NCBI GenBank assembly: GCA_964016885.1 | Contig: OZ024743.1 | Location: 138,570,001-138,634,000 of the forward strand | Length of the DNA: 64,000 nt | From: Eledone cirrhosa | Taxonomy: Eukaryota | Direction: 5' to 3' | Shown: positions 1 through 10,600 of the stretch, piece by piece | Numbering within the stretch: position 1 is the first letter of the stretch | Layout of the letters: every line of letters begins with the position of its first letter | The notes under the pieces: model-generated | Databases searched by the model: none | Told to the model about the DNA's origin: nothing | The model's input: the letters and a program-made list of their open reading frames with translations, nothing else | Program-made: the position numbers and the translations under genes

Positions 1-1169
1 TGGTGCTTGGTACTTGGTGCTTGGTGCTTGGTGTTAGGTGTTTGGTGCTTGGTGCTTGGTGCTTGGTGCTTGGTGTTAGGTGTTTGGTGCTTGATGCTTG
101 GTGTTTGGTGCTTTTTGCTTGGTGCTTGGTGCTTGGTGTTTGGTGCTTGATGCTTGGTGTTTGGTGCTGGGTGCTTGGTGCTTGGTGTTTGGTGTTTGGT
201 GATTGGTGTTATATGCTTGGTGTTTGATGCTTGGTGCTTGGTGCTTGGTGTTTGGTACTTGGTGATTGATGCTTGGTGCTTGGTGCTTGGTGTTTGGTGC
301 TTGGTGCTTGGTGTTTGGTGCTTGGTGCTTGGTGTTTGGTGCTTGGTGTTTGGTGCTTGGTGTTTGGTGATTGGTGCTTGGTGCTTGGTGCTTGGTGCTT
401 GGTGTTTGGTGGTTGGTGCTTGGTGCTTGGTGTTAGGTGTTTGGTGCTTGGTGCTTGGTGTTTGGTGTTTGGTGCTTGGTGTTTGGTGTTTGGTGCTTGG
501 TGTTTGGTGCTTGGTACTTGGTGCTTGGTGCTTGGTGTTAGGTGTTTGGTGCTTGGTGCTTGGTGTCTGGTTTTTGGTGCTTGGTGCTTGGTGTTTGGTG
601 TTTGGTGCTTGCTGGTGGCTGCTTGGTGTTTGGTGCTTGGTGATTGGTGCTTGGTGTTTGGTGCTTGGTGTTTGGTGTTTGGTGCTAGGTGCTTGGTGTT
701 TGGTGCTTGGTGCTTGGTGTTTGTACTTGGTGCTTGGTGCTTGGTTCTTGGTGTTTGGTGCTTGGTGCTTGGTGTTTGGTGCTTGGTGCTTGGTGTTTGG
801 TGCTTGGTGATTGGTGCTTGGTGTTTGGTGCTTGGTGCTTGGTGCTTGGTGTTTGGTGCTTGGTGTTTGGTGCTTGGTGTTAGGTCTTTGGTGCTTGGTG
901 TTTGGTGTTATATGCTTGGTGTTTGATGCTTGGTGCTTGGTGCTTGGTGTTTGGTGCTTGGTGCTTGATGCTTGGTGCTTGGTTCTTGGTGTTTGGTGCT
1001 TGGTGCTTGGTGTTTGTACTTTGTGCTTGGTGCTTGGTTCTTGGTGTTTGGTGCTTGGTGCTTGGTGTTTGGTGCTTGGTGCTTGGTGTTTGGTGCTTAG
1101 TGTTTGGTGCTTGGTGCTTGGTGCTTGGTGCTTGGTGTTTGGTGCTTGGTGTTTGGTGCTTGGTGTTTG

Positions 1170-4100
1170 GTGCTTGGTGTTTGGTGTTTGTTGCTTGGTG
1201 CTTGGTGTTTGGTGTTTGGTGCTTGGTGTTTGGTACTTGGTGTTTGGTGTTAGGTGTTTGGTGCTTGGTGTTTGGTGTTTGGTGCTTGGTGTTTGGTGCT
1301 TGGTGCTTGGTGTTTGGTGCTTGGTACTTGGTGCTTGGTGCTTGGTGTTAGGTGTTTGGTGCTTGGTGCTTGGTGTTTGGTTTTTGGTGCTTGGTGCTTG
1401 GTGTTTGGTGTTTGGTGCTTGCTGCTGGCTGCTTGGTGTTTGATGCTTGGTGATTGGTGCTTGGTGTTTGGTGCTTGGTGTTTGGTGTTTGGTGCTAGGT
1501 GCCTGGTGTTTGGTGCTTGGTGCTTGGTGCTTGGTGTTTGGTGTTTGGTGTTTGGTGCTTGGTGCTTGGTGTTTGGTGCTTGGTGCTGGGTGGTTGGTGT
1601 TTAGTGCTTGGTGTTTGGTGCTGGGTGCTTGGTGTTTGGTGCTTGGTGTTTGGTGTTTGGTGCTTGGTGCTTGGTGTTTGGTGCTTGGTGTTTAGTGTTT
1701 GGTGCTTGGTGCTTAGTGTTTGGTGCTAGGTGCTTGGTGTTTGGTGCTTGGTGCTTGGTGTTTGGTGCCTGGTGCTTGGTGTTTGGTGTTTGGTGTTTGG
1801 TGCTTAGTGCTTGGTGTTTGGTGTTTGCTGTTTGCTGTTTGGTGTTTGGTGTTTGGTGTTTGTTGTTTGGTGTTTGCTGTTTGGTGTTTGGTGTTTGCTT
1901 TTTGGTGTTTGGTGTTTGCTGTATGTTGTTTGCTATTTGGTGTTTGGTGTTTGGCGTTTGGTGCTTGTTGCTTGGTGTTTGGTGCTTGGTGCTTGGTGTT
2001 TGGTTCCTGGTGCTTGGTGCTTGGTGCTTGGTGTTTGGTGTTTGGTGCTTGGTGCTTGGAGTTTTGTGTTTGGTGCTTGGTGCTTGGTGTTTTGTGTTTC
2101 GTGTTTGGTTTTTGGTGCTTGGTGCTTGGTGCTTGGTCGTTGGTGTTTGGTGCTGGGTGCTTTGTCTTTGGTGCTTGGTGCTTGGTGCTTGGTGTTTGGT
2201 GTTTGCTGCTTGGTGTTTGATGCTTGGTGCTTGGTGCTTGGTGTTTTGTGTTTGGTGCTTTGTGTTTGGTGCTTGGTGCTTGGTGTTTGTACTTGGTGCT
2301 TGGTGCTTGGTGTTTGGTTCTTGGTTCTTGGTGTTTGGTGTTTGGCGATTGGTGTTTGGTGCTTGGTGCTTGGTGTTTGGTGCCTGGTGCTTGGTGCTTG
2401 GTGCTTGGTGTTTGGTGTTTGGTGCTTGGTGCTTGGAGTTTGGTGTTTGGTGCTTGGTGCTTGGTGTTTTGTGTTTGGTGCTTGGTGTTTGATGCTTGGT
2501 GCTTGGTGCTTGGTGTTTTGTGTTTGGTGCTTGGTTCTTGGTGTTTGGTGCTTGGTGCTTGGTGCTTGGTGTTTGTACTTGGTGCTTGGTGCTTGGTATT
2601 TGGTTCTTGGTTCTTGGTGTTTGGTACTTGGTGCTTGGTGCTTGGTGCTTGATGTTTGCTGTTTGGTGGTTGGTGTTTGGTGCTTGGTGCTTGGTGCTTG
2701 GTGTTTGGTGTTTGTTGCTTGGTGCTTGGTGTTTGGTGTTTGGTGCTTGGTGTTTGGTACTTGGTGTTTGGTGTTAGGTGTTTGGTGCTTGGTGTTTGGT
2801 GTTTGGTGCTTGGTGTTTGGTGCTTGGTGCTTGGTGTTTGGTGCTTGGTACTTGGTGCTTGGTGCTTGGTGTTAGGTGTTTGGTGCTTGGTGCTTGGTGT
2901 TTGGTTTTTGGTGCTTGGTGCTTGGTGTTTGGTGTTTAGTGCTTGCTGCTGGCTGCTTGGTGTTTGATGCTTGGTGATTGGTGCTTGGTGTTTGGTGCTT
3001 GGTGTTTGGTGTTTGGTGCTAGGTGCCTGGTGTTTGGTGCTTGGTGCTTGGTGCTTGGTGTTTGGTGTTTGGTGTTTGGTGCTTGGTGCTTGGTGTTTGG
3101 TGCTTGGTGCTGGGTGGTTGGTGTTTAGTGCTTGGTGTTTGGTGCTGGGTGCTTGGTGTTTGGTGCTTGGTGTTTGGTGTTTGGTGCTTGGTGCTTGGTG
3201 TTTGGTGCTTGGTGTTTAGTGTTTGGTGCTTGGTGCTTAGTGTTTGGTGCTAGGTGCTTGGTGTTTGGTGCTTGGTGCTTGGTGTTTGGTGCCTGGTGCT
3301 TGGTGTTTGGTGTTTGGTGTTTGGTGCTTAGTGCTTGGTGTTTGGTGTTTGCTGTTTGCTGTTTGGTGTTTGGTGTTTGGTGTTTGTTGTTTGGTGTTTG
3401 CTGTTTGGTGTTTGGTGTTTGCTTTTTGGTGTTTGGTGTTTGCTGTATGTTGTTTGCTATTTGGTGTTTGGTGTTTGGCGTTTGGTGCTTGTTGCTTGGT
3501 GTTTGGTGCTTGGTGCTTGGTGTTTGGTTCCTGGTGCTTGGTGCTTGGTGCTTGGTGTTTGGTGTTTGGTGCTTGGTGCTTGGAGTTTTGTGTTTGGTGC
3601 TTGGTGCTTGGTGTTTTGTGTTTCGTGTTTGGTTTTTGGTGCTTGGTGCTTGGTGCTTGGTCGTTGGTGTTTGGTGCTGGGTGCTTTGTCTTTGGTGCTT
3701 GGTGCTTGGTGCTTGGTGTTTGGTGTTTGCTGCTTGGTGTTTGATGCTTGGTGCTTGGTGCTTGGTGTTTTGTGTTTGGTGCTTGGTGTTTGGTGCTTGG
3801 TGCTTGGTGTTTGTACTTGGTGCTTGGTGCTTGGTGTTTGGTTCTTGGTTCTTGGTGTTTGGTGTTTGGCGATTGGTGTTTGGTGCTTGGTGCTTGGTGT
3901 TTGGTGCCTGGTGCTTGGTGCTTGGTGCTTGGTGTTTGGTGTTTGGTGCTTGGTGCTTGGAGTTTGGTGTTTGGTGCTTGGTGCTTGGTGTTTTGTGTTT
4001 GGTGCTTGGTGTTTGATGCTTGGTGCTTGGTGCTTGGTGTTTTGTGTTTGGTGCTTGGTTCTTGGTGTTTGGTGCTTGGTGCTTGGTGCTTGGTGTTTGT

Positions 4101-4225
4101 ACTTGGTGCTTGGTGCTTGGTATTTGGTTCTTGGTTCTTGGTGTTTGGTACTTGGTGCTTGGTGCTTGGTGCTTGATGTTTGGTGTTTGGTGGTTGGTGT
4201 TTGGTGCTTGGTGCTTGGTGCTTGG
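1170..4225. repeat. Higher-order tandem duplication, 2 copies, 1524-bp period (218 monomers, two of them 6-bp TTGTAC units)
   Basis: Matching ORFs 1447/2971, 1499/3023, 1608/3132, 1720/3244, 2224/3748 all differ by 1524. Variant TTGTTGC sits at 1188 and 2712. 1524 = 218x7 - 2. Confidence 0.92.
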
Positions 4226-5929
4226 TGTTAGGTGTTTGGTGCTTGGTCCTTGGTGTTTGGTGCTTGGTGTTTGGTGTTTGCTGTCTGCTTTTTGGTGTTT
4301 AGTGTTTGCTGTATGGTGTTTGGTGTTTGCTGTTTGGTGTTTGTTCTTTGTTGCTTGGTGTTTGGTGCTTGGTGCTTGGTGTTTGGTGTTTGGTGCTTGG
4401 TGCTTGGTGTTTGGTGTTATATGCTTGGTGTTTGATGCTTGGTGCTTGGTGCTTGGTGTTTGGTGCTTGGTGTTTATACTTGGTGCTTGGTGCTTGGTGC
4501 TGGGTGTTTGGTGCTTGGTGTTTGGTGCTTGGTGCTTGGTGCTTGGTGCTTGGTGCTTGGTGTTTGGTGGTTGGTGTTTGGTGCTTGGTGTTAGGTGTTT
4601 GGTGATTGGTGCTTGGTGTTTGGTGTTTGGTGCTTGGTGTTTGGTGTTTGGTGCTTGGTGTTTGGTGCTTGGTACTTGGTGCTTGGTGCTTGTTGTTAGG
4701 TGTTTGGTGCTTGGTGTTTGGTGCTTGGTGTTTGGTGCTTGGTGCTTGGTGCTTGGTGCTTGGTGTTTGGTGGTTGGTGTTTGGTGCTTGGTGTTAGGTG
4801 TTTGGTGCTTGGTGCTTGGTGTTTGGTGTTTGGTGCTTGGTGTTTGGTGTTTGGTGCTTGGTGTTTGGTGCTTTTTGCTTGGTGCTTGGTGCTTGGTGTT
4901 TGGTGCTTGGTGCTTGGTGTTTGGTGTTTGGTGCTGGGTGCTTGGTGTTTGGTGTTTGGTGTTATATGCTTGGGGTTTGATGCTTTGTGCTTGGTGCTTG
5001 GTGTTTGGTGTTTGGTGCTTGGTGTTTGATGCTTGGTGCTTGGTGCTTGGTGTTTGGTGCTTGGTGCTTGGTGTTTGGTGCTTGGTGCTTGGTGTTTGGT
5101 GCTTGGTGTTTGGTGCTTGGTGTTTGGTGCTTGGTCCTTGGTACTTGGTGCTTGGTGTTTGGTGGTTGGTGCTTGGTGCTTGGTGTTAGGTGTTTGGTGC
5201 TTGGTGCTTGGTGTTTGGTGTTTGGTGCTTGGTGTTTGGTGTTTGGTGCTTGGTGTTTGGTGATTGGTACTTGGTGCTTGGTGCTTGGTGTTAGGTGTTT
5301 GGTGCTTGGTGCTTGGTGTTTGGTGCTTGCTGCTGGCTGCTTGGTGTTTGGTGCTTGGTGATTGGTGCCTGGTGTTTGGTGCTTGGTGTTTGGTGTTTGG
5401 TGCTAGGTGCTTGGTGTTTGGTGCTTGGTGCTTGGTGTTTGTACTTGGTGCTTGGTGCTTGGTTCTTGGTGTTTGGTGCTTGGTGCTTGGTGTTTGGTGC
5501 TTGGTGCTTGGTGTTTGGTGCTTGGTGTTTGGTGCTTGGTGTTTGGTGCTTGGTGCTTGGTGCTTGGTGTTTGGTGCTTGGTGTTTGGTGCTTGGTGTTA
5601 GGTGTTTGGTGCTTGGTGCTTGGTGTTTGGTGCTTGGTGTTTGATGCTTGGTGCTTTGTGCTTGGTGTTTGGTGCTTGGTGCTTGGTGTTTGTACTTGGT
5701 GCTTGGTGCTTGGTTCTTGGTGTTTGGTGCTTGGTGCTTGGTGTTTGGTGTTTGGTGCTTGGTGTTTGGTGCTTGGTGTTTGGTGCTTGGTGCTTGGTGT
5801 TTGGTGCTTGGTGCTGGGTGGTTGGTGTTTAGTGCTTGGTGTTTGGTGCTGGGTGCTTGGTGTTTGGTGCTTGGTGTTTGGTGTTTGGTGCTTGGTGCTT
5901 GGTGTTTGGTGCTTGGTGTTTAGTGTTTG

Positions 5930-6310
5930 GTGCTTGGTGCTTAGTGTTTGGTGCTAGGTGCTTGGTGTTTGGTGCTTGGTGCTTGGTGTTTGGTGCCTGG
6001 TGCTTGGTGTTTGGTGTTTGGTGTTTGGTGCTTGGTGCTTGGTGTTTGGTGTTTGCTGTTTGCTGTTTGGTGTTTGGTGTTTGGTGTTTGTTGTTTGGTG
6101 TTTGCTGTTTGGTGTTTGGTGCTTGGTGCTTAGTGTTTGGTGCTAGGTGCTTGGTGTTTGGTGCTTGGTGCTTGGTGTTTGGTGCCTGGTGCTTGGTGTT
6201 TGGTGTTTGGTGTTTGGTGCTTGGTGCTTGGTGTTTGGTGTTTGCTGTTTGCTGTTTGGTGTTTGGTGTTTGGTGTTTGTTGTTTGGTGTTTGCTGTTTG
6301 GTGTTTGGTG
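5930..6310. repeat. 189-bp (27-monomer) internal duplication; same event recopied at ~7915-8295 and ~15515-15895
   Basis: ORF starts 5948/6137, 7932/8121 and 15533/15722 are each offset by 189. The TTAGTGT..TAGGTGC..CTGGTGC..TTGCTGT motif run appears twice in succession. Confidence 0.85.
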
Positions 6311-7149
6311 TTTGCTTTTTGGTGTTTGGTGTTTGCTGTATGTTGTTTGCTATTTGGTGTTTGGTGTTTGGTGTTTGGTGCTTGTTGCTTGGTGTTTGGT
6401 GCTTGGTGCTTGGTGTTTGGTTCCTGGTGCTTGGTGCTTGGTGCTTGGTGTTTGGTGTTTGGTGCTTGGTGCTTGGAGTTTTGTGTTTGGTGCTTGTAGC
6501 TTGGTGTTTTGTGTTTCGTGTTTGGTTTTTGGTGCTTGGTGCTTGGTGCTTGGTCGTTGGTGTTTGGTGCTGGGTGCTTTGTCTTTGGTGCTTGGTGCTT
6601 GGTGCTTGGTGTTTGGTGTTTGCTGCTTGGTGTTTGATGCTTGGTGCTTGGTGCTTGGTGTTTTGTGTTTGGTGCTTGGTGTTTGGTGCTTGGTGCTTGG
6701 TGTTTGTACTTGGTGCTTGGTGCTTGGTGTTTGGTTCTTGGTTCTTGGTGTTTGGTGTTTGGCGATTGGTGTTTGGTGCTTGGTGCTTGGTGTTTGGTGC
6801 CTGGTGCTTGGTGCTTGGTGCTTGGTGTTTGGTGTTTGGTGCTTGGTGCTTGGAGTTTGGTGTTTGGTGCTTGGTGCTTGGTGTTTTGTGTTTGGTGCTT
6901 GGTGTTTGATGCTTGGTGCTTGGTGCTTGGTGTTTTGTGTTTGGTGCTTGGTTCTTGGTGTTTGGTGCTTGGTGCTTGGTGCTTGGTGTTTGTACTTGGT
7001 GCTTGGTGCTTGGTATTTGGTTCTTGGTTCTTGGTGTTTGGTACTTGGTGCTTGGTGCTTGGTGCTTGATGTTTGGTGTTTGGTGGTTGGTGTTTGGTGC
7101 TTGGTGCTTGGTGCTTCGTGTTAGGTGTTTGGTGCTTGGTCCTTGGTGT

Positions 7150-7420
7150 TTGGTGCTTGGTGTTTGGTGTTTGCTCTCTGCTTTTAGGTGTTTAGTGTTT
7201 GCTGTATGGTGTTTGGTGTTTGCTGTATGGTGTTTGTTCTTTGTTGCTTGATGTTTGGTGCTTGGTGCTTGGTGTTTGGTGTTTGGTGCTTGGTGCTTGG
7301 TGTTTGGTGTTTGCTCTCTGCTTTTTGGTGTTTAGTGTTTGCTGTATGGTGTTTGGTGTTTGCTGTATGGTGTTTGTTCTTTGTTGCTTGATGTTTGGTG
7401 CTTGGTGCTTGGTGCTTGGT
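7150..7420. repeat. 140-bp (20-monomer) local duplication of the TTGCTCT-CTGCTTT...TTGTTCT-TTGTTGC module
   Basis: ORFs 7199/7339 are offset by 140; gctctctgctttt occurs at ~7173 and ~7313. Confidence 0.85.
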
Positions 7421-7629
7421 GTTTGTACTTGGTGCTTGGTGCTTGGTTCTTGGTGTTTGGTGCTTGGTGCTTGGTGTTTGGTGCTTGGTGCTTGGTGTTT
7501 GGTGCTTGGTGTTTGGTGCTTGGTGTTTGGTGCTTGGTGCTTGGTGCTTGGTGTTTGGTGCTTGGTGTTTGGTGCTTGGTGTTAGGTGTTTGGTGCTTGG
7601 TGCTTGGTGTTTGGTGCTTGGTGTTTGAT

Positions 7630-10600
7630 GCTTGGTGCTTTGTGCTTGGTGTTTGGTGCTTGGTGCTTGGTGTTTGTACTTGGTGCTTGGTGCTTGGTTC
7701 TTGGTGTTTGGTGCTTGGTGCTTGGTGTTTGGTGTTTGGTGCTTGGTGTTTGGTGCTTGGTGTTTGGTGCTTGGTGCTTGGTGTTTGGTGCTTGGTGCTG
7801 GGTGGTTGGTGTTTAGTGCTTGGTGTTTGGTGCTGGGTGCTTGGTGTTTGGTGCTTGGTGTTTGGTGTTTGGTGCTTGGTGCTTGGTGTTTGGTGCTTGG
7901 TGTTTAGTGTTTGGTGCTTGGTGCTTAGTGTTTGGTGCTAGGTGCTTGGTGTTTGGTGCTTGGTGCTTGGTGTTTGGTGCCTGGTGCTTGGTGTTTGGTG
8001 TTTGGTGTTTGGTGCTTGGTGCTTGGTGTTTGGTGTTTGCTGTTTGCTGTTTGGTGTTTGGTGTTTGGTGTTTGTTGTTTGGTGTTTGCTGTTTGGTGTT
8101 TGGTGCTTGGTGCTTAGTTTTTGGTGCTAGGTGCTTGGTGTTTGGTGCTTGGTGCTTGGTGTTTGGTGCCTGGTGCTTGGTGTTTGGTGTTTGGTGTTTG
8201 GTGCTTGGTGCTTGGTGTTTGGTGTTTGCTGTTTGCTGTTTGGTGTTTGGTGTTTGGTGTTTGTTGTTTGGTGTTTGCTGTTTGGTGTTTGGTGTTTGCT
8301 TTTTGGTGTTTGGTGTTTGCTGTATGTTGTTTGCTATTTGGTGTTTGGTGTTTGGTGTTTGGTGCTTGTTGCTTGGTGTTTGGTGCTTGGTGCTTGGTGT
8401 TTGGTTCCTGGTGCTTGGTGCTTGGTGCTTGGTGTTTGGTGTTTGGTGCTTGGTGCTTGGAGTTTTGTGTTTGGTGCTTGTAGCTTGGTGTTTTGTGTTT
8501 CGTGTTTGGTTTTTGGTGCTTGGTGCTTGGTGCTTGGTCGTTGGTGTTTGGTGCTGGGTGCTTTGTCTTTGGTGCTTGGTGCTTGGTGCTTGGTGTTTGG
8601 TGTTTGCTGCTTGGTGTTTGATGCTTGGTGCTTGGTGCTTGGTGTTTTGTGTTTGGTGCTTGGTGTTTGGTGCTTGGTGCTTGGTGTTTGTACTTGGTGC
8701 TTGGTGCTTGGTGTTTGGTTCTTGGTTCTTGGTGTTTGGTGTTTGGCGATTGGTGTTTGGTGCTTGGTGCTTGGTGTTTGGTGCCTGGTGCTTGGTGCTT
8801 GGTGCTTGGTGTTTGGTGTTTGGTGCTTGGTGCTTGGAGTTTGGTGTTTGGTGCTTGGTGCTTGGTGTTTTGTGTTTGGTGCTTGGTGTTTGATGCTTGG
8901 TGCTTGGTGCTTGGTGTTTTGTGTTTGGTGCTTGGTTCTTGGTGTTTGGTGCTTGGTGCTTGGTGCTTGGTGTTTGTACTTGGTGCTTGGTGCTTGGTAT
9001 TTGGTTCTTGGTTCTTGGTGTTTGGTACTTGGTGCTTGGTGCTTGGTGCTTGATGTTTGGTGTTTGGTGGTTGGTGTTTGGTGCTTGGTGCTTGGTGCTT
9101 CGTGTTAGGTGTTTGGTGCTTGGTCCTTGGTGTTTGGTGCTTGGTGTTTGGTGTTTGCTCTCTGCTTTTTGGTGTTTAGTGTTTGCTGTATGGTGTTTGG
9201 TGTTTGCTGTATGGTGTTTGTTCTTTGTTGCTTGATGTTTGGTGCTTGGTGCTTGGTGTTTGGTGTTTGGTGCTTGGTGCTTGGTGTTTGGTGTTATATG
9301 CTTGGTGTTTGATGCTTGGTGCTTGGTGCTTGGTGTTTGGTGTTTGGTGTTTGTACTTGGTGCTTGGTGCTTGGTGCTGGGTGTTTGGTGCTTGGTGTTT
9401 GGTGCTTGGTGCTTGGTGCTTGGTGCTTGGTGCTTGGTGTTTGGTGGTTGGTGTTTGGTGCTTGGTGTTAGGTGTTTGGTGATTGGTGCTTGGTGTTTGG
9501 TGTTTGGTGCTTGGTGTTTGGTGTTTGGTGCTTGGTGTTTGGTGCTTGGTACTTGGTGCTTGGTGCTTGTTGTTAGGTGTTTGGTGCTTGGTGTTTGGTG
9601 CTTGGTGTTTGGTGCTTGGTGCTTGGTGCTTGGTGCTTGGTGTTTGGTGGTTGGTGTTTGGTGCTTGGTGTTTGGTGTTTGGTGCTGGGTGCTTGGTGTT
9701 TGGTGTTTGGTGTTATATGCTTGGTGTTTGATGCTTGGTGCTTGGTGCTTGGTGTTTGGTGTTTGGTGCTTGGTGTTTGATGCTTGGTGCTTGGTGCTTG
9801 GTGTTTGGTGCTTGGTGCTTGGTGTTTGGTGCTTGGTGCTTGGTGTTTGGTGCTTGGTGTTTGGTGCTTGGTGTTTGGTGCTTGGTGTTTGGTGCTTGGT
9901 GCTTGGTGTTTGGTGGTTGGTGCTTGGTGCTTGGTGTTTGGTGTTTGGTGTTTGGTGCTTGGTGCTTAGTGTTTGGTGTTTGGTGCTTGGTGTTTGGTGT
10001 TTGGTGCTTGGTGTTTGGTGCTTGGTACTTGGTGCTTGGTGCTTGGTGTTAGGTGTTTGGTGCTTGGTGTTTGGTGTCTGGTTTTTGGTGCTTGGTGCTT
10101 GGTGTTTGGTGCTTGCTGCTGGCTGCTTGGTGTTTGGTGCTTGGTGATTGGTGCCTGGTGTTTGGTGCTTGGTGTTTGTGTTTGGTGCTAGGTGCTTGGT
10201 GTTTGGTGCTTGGTGCTTGGTGTTTGTACTTGGTGCTTGGTGCTTGGTTCTTGGTGTTTGGTGCTTGGTGCTTGGTGTTTGGTGCTTGGTGCTTGGTGTT
10301 TGGTGCTTGGTGTTTGGTGCTTGGTGTTTGGTGTTTGGTGCTTGGTGCTTGGTGTTTGGTGCTTGGTGTTTGGTGCTTGGTGTTAGGTGTTTGGTGCTTG
10401 GTGCTTGGTGTTTGGTGCTTGGTGTTTGATGCTTGGTGCTTTGTGCTTGGTGTTTGGTGCTTGGTGCTTGGTGTTTGTACTTGGTGCTTGGTGCTTGGTT
10501 CTTGGTGTTTGGTGCTTGGTGCTTGGTGTTTGGTGTTTGGTGCTTGGTGTTTGGTGCTTGGTGTTTGGTGCTTGGTGCTTGGTGTTTGGTGCTTGGTGCT

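Larger units (their letters stand above)
5420..9285. repeat. Higher-order tandem duplication, 2 copies, 1984-bp period
   Basis: ORFs 5602/7586, 5836/7820, 6147/8131, 6641/8625, 6913/8897 are offset by 1984 = 284x7 - 4, and four TTGTAC hexamers occur per unit. Rare TTGTAGC is at 6494 and 8478. Confidence 0.92.

Noticed and set aside
210-216. TATATG as a TATA-box or -10 promoter element
   Set aside because: It is an in-phase variant monomer copied about 70 times with the array, with no downstream gene.
4970-4976. TTGGGGT and the many TTAGG matches as canonical telomere repeats (ciliate TTGGGG, arthropod TTAGG)
   Set aside because: These are isolated single-substitution variants of the heptamer, never tandem.
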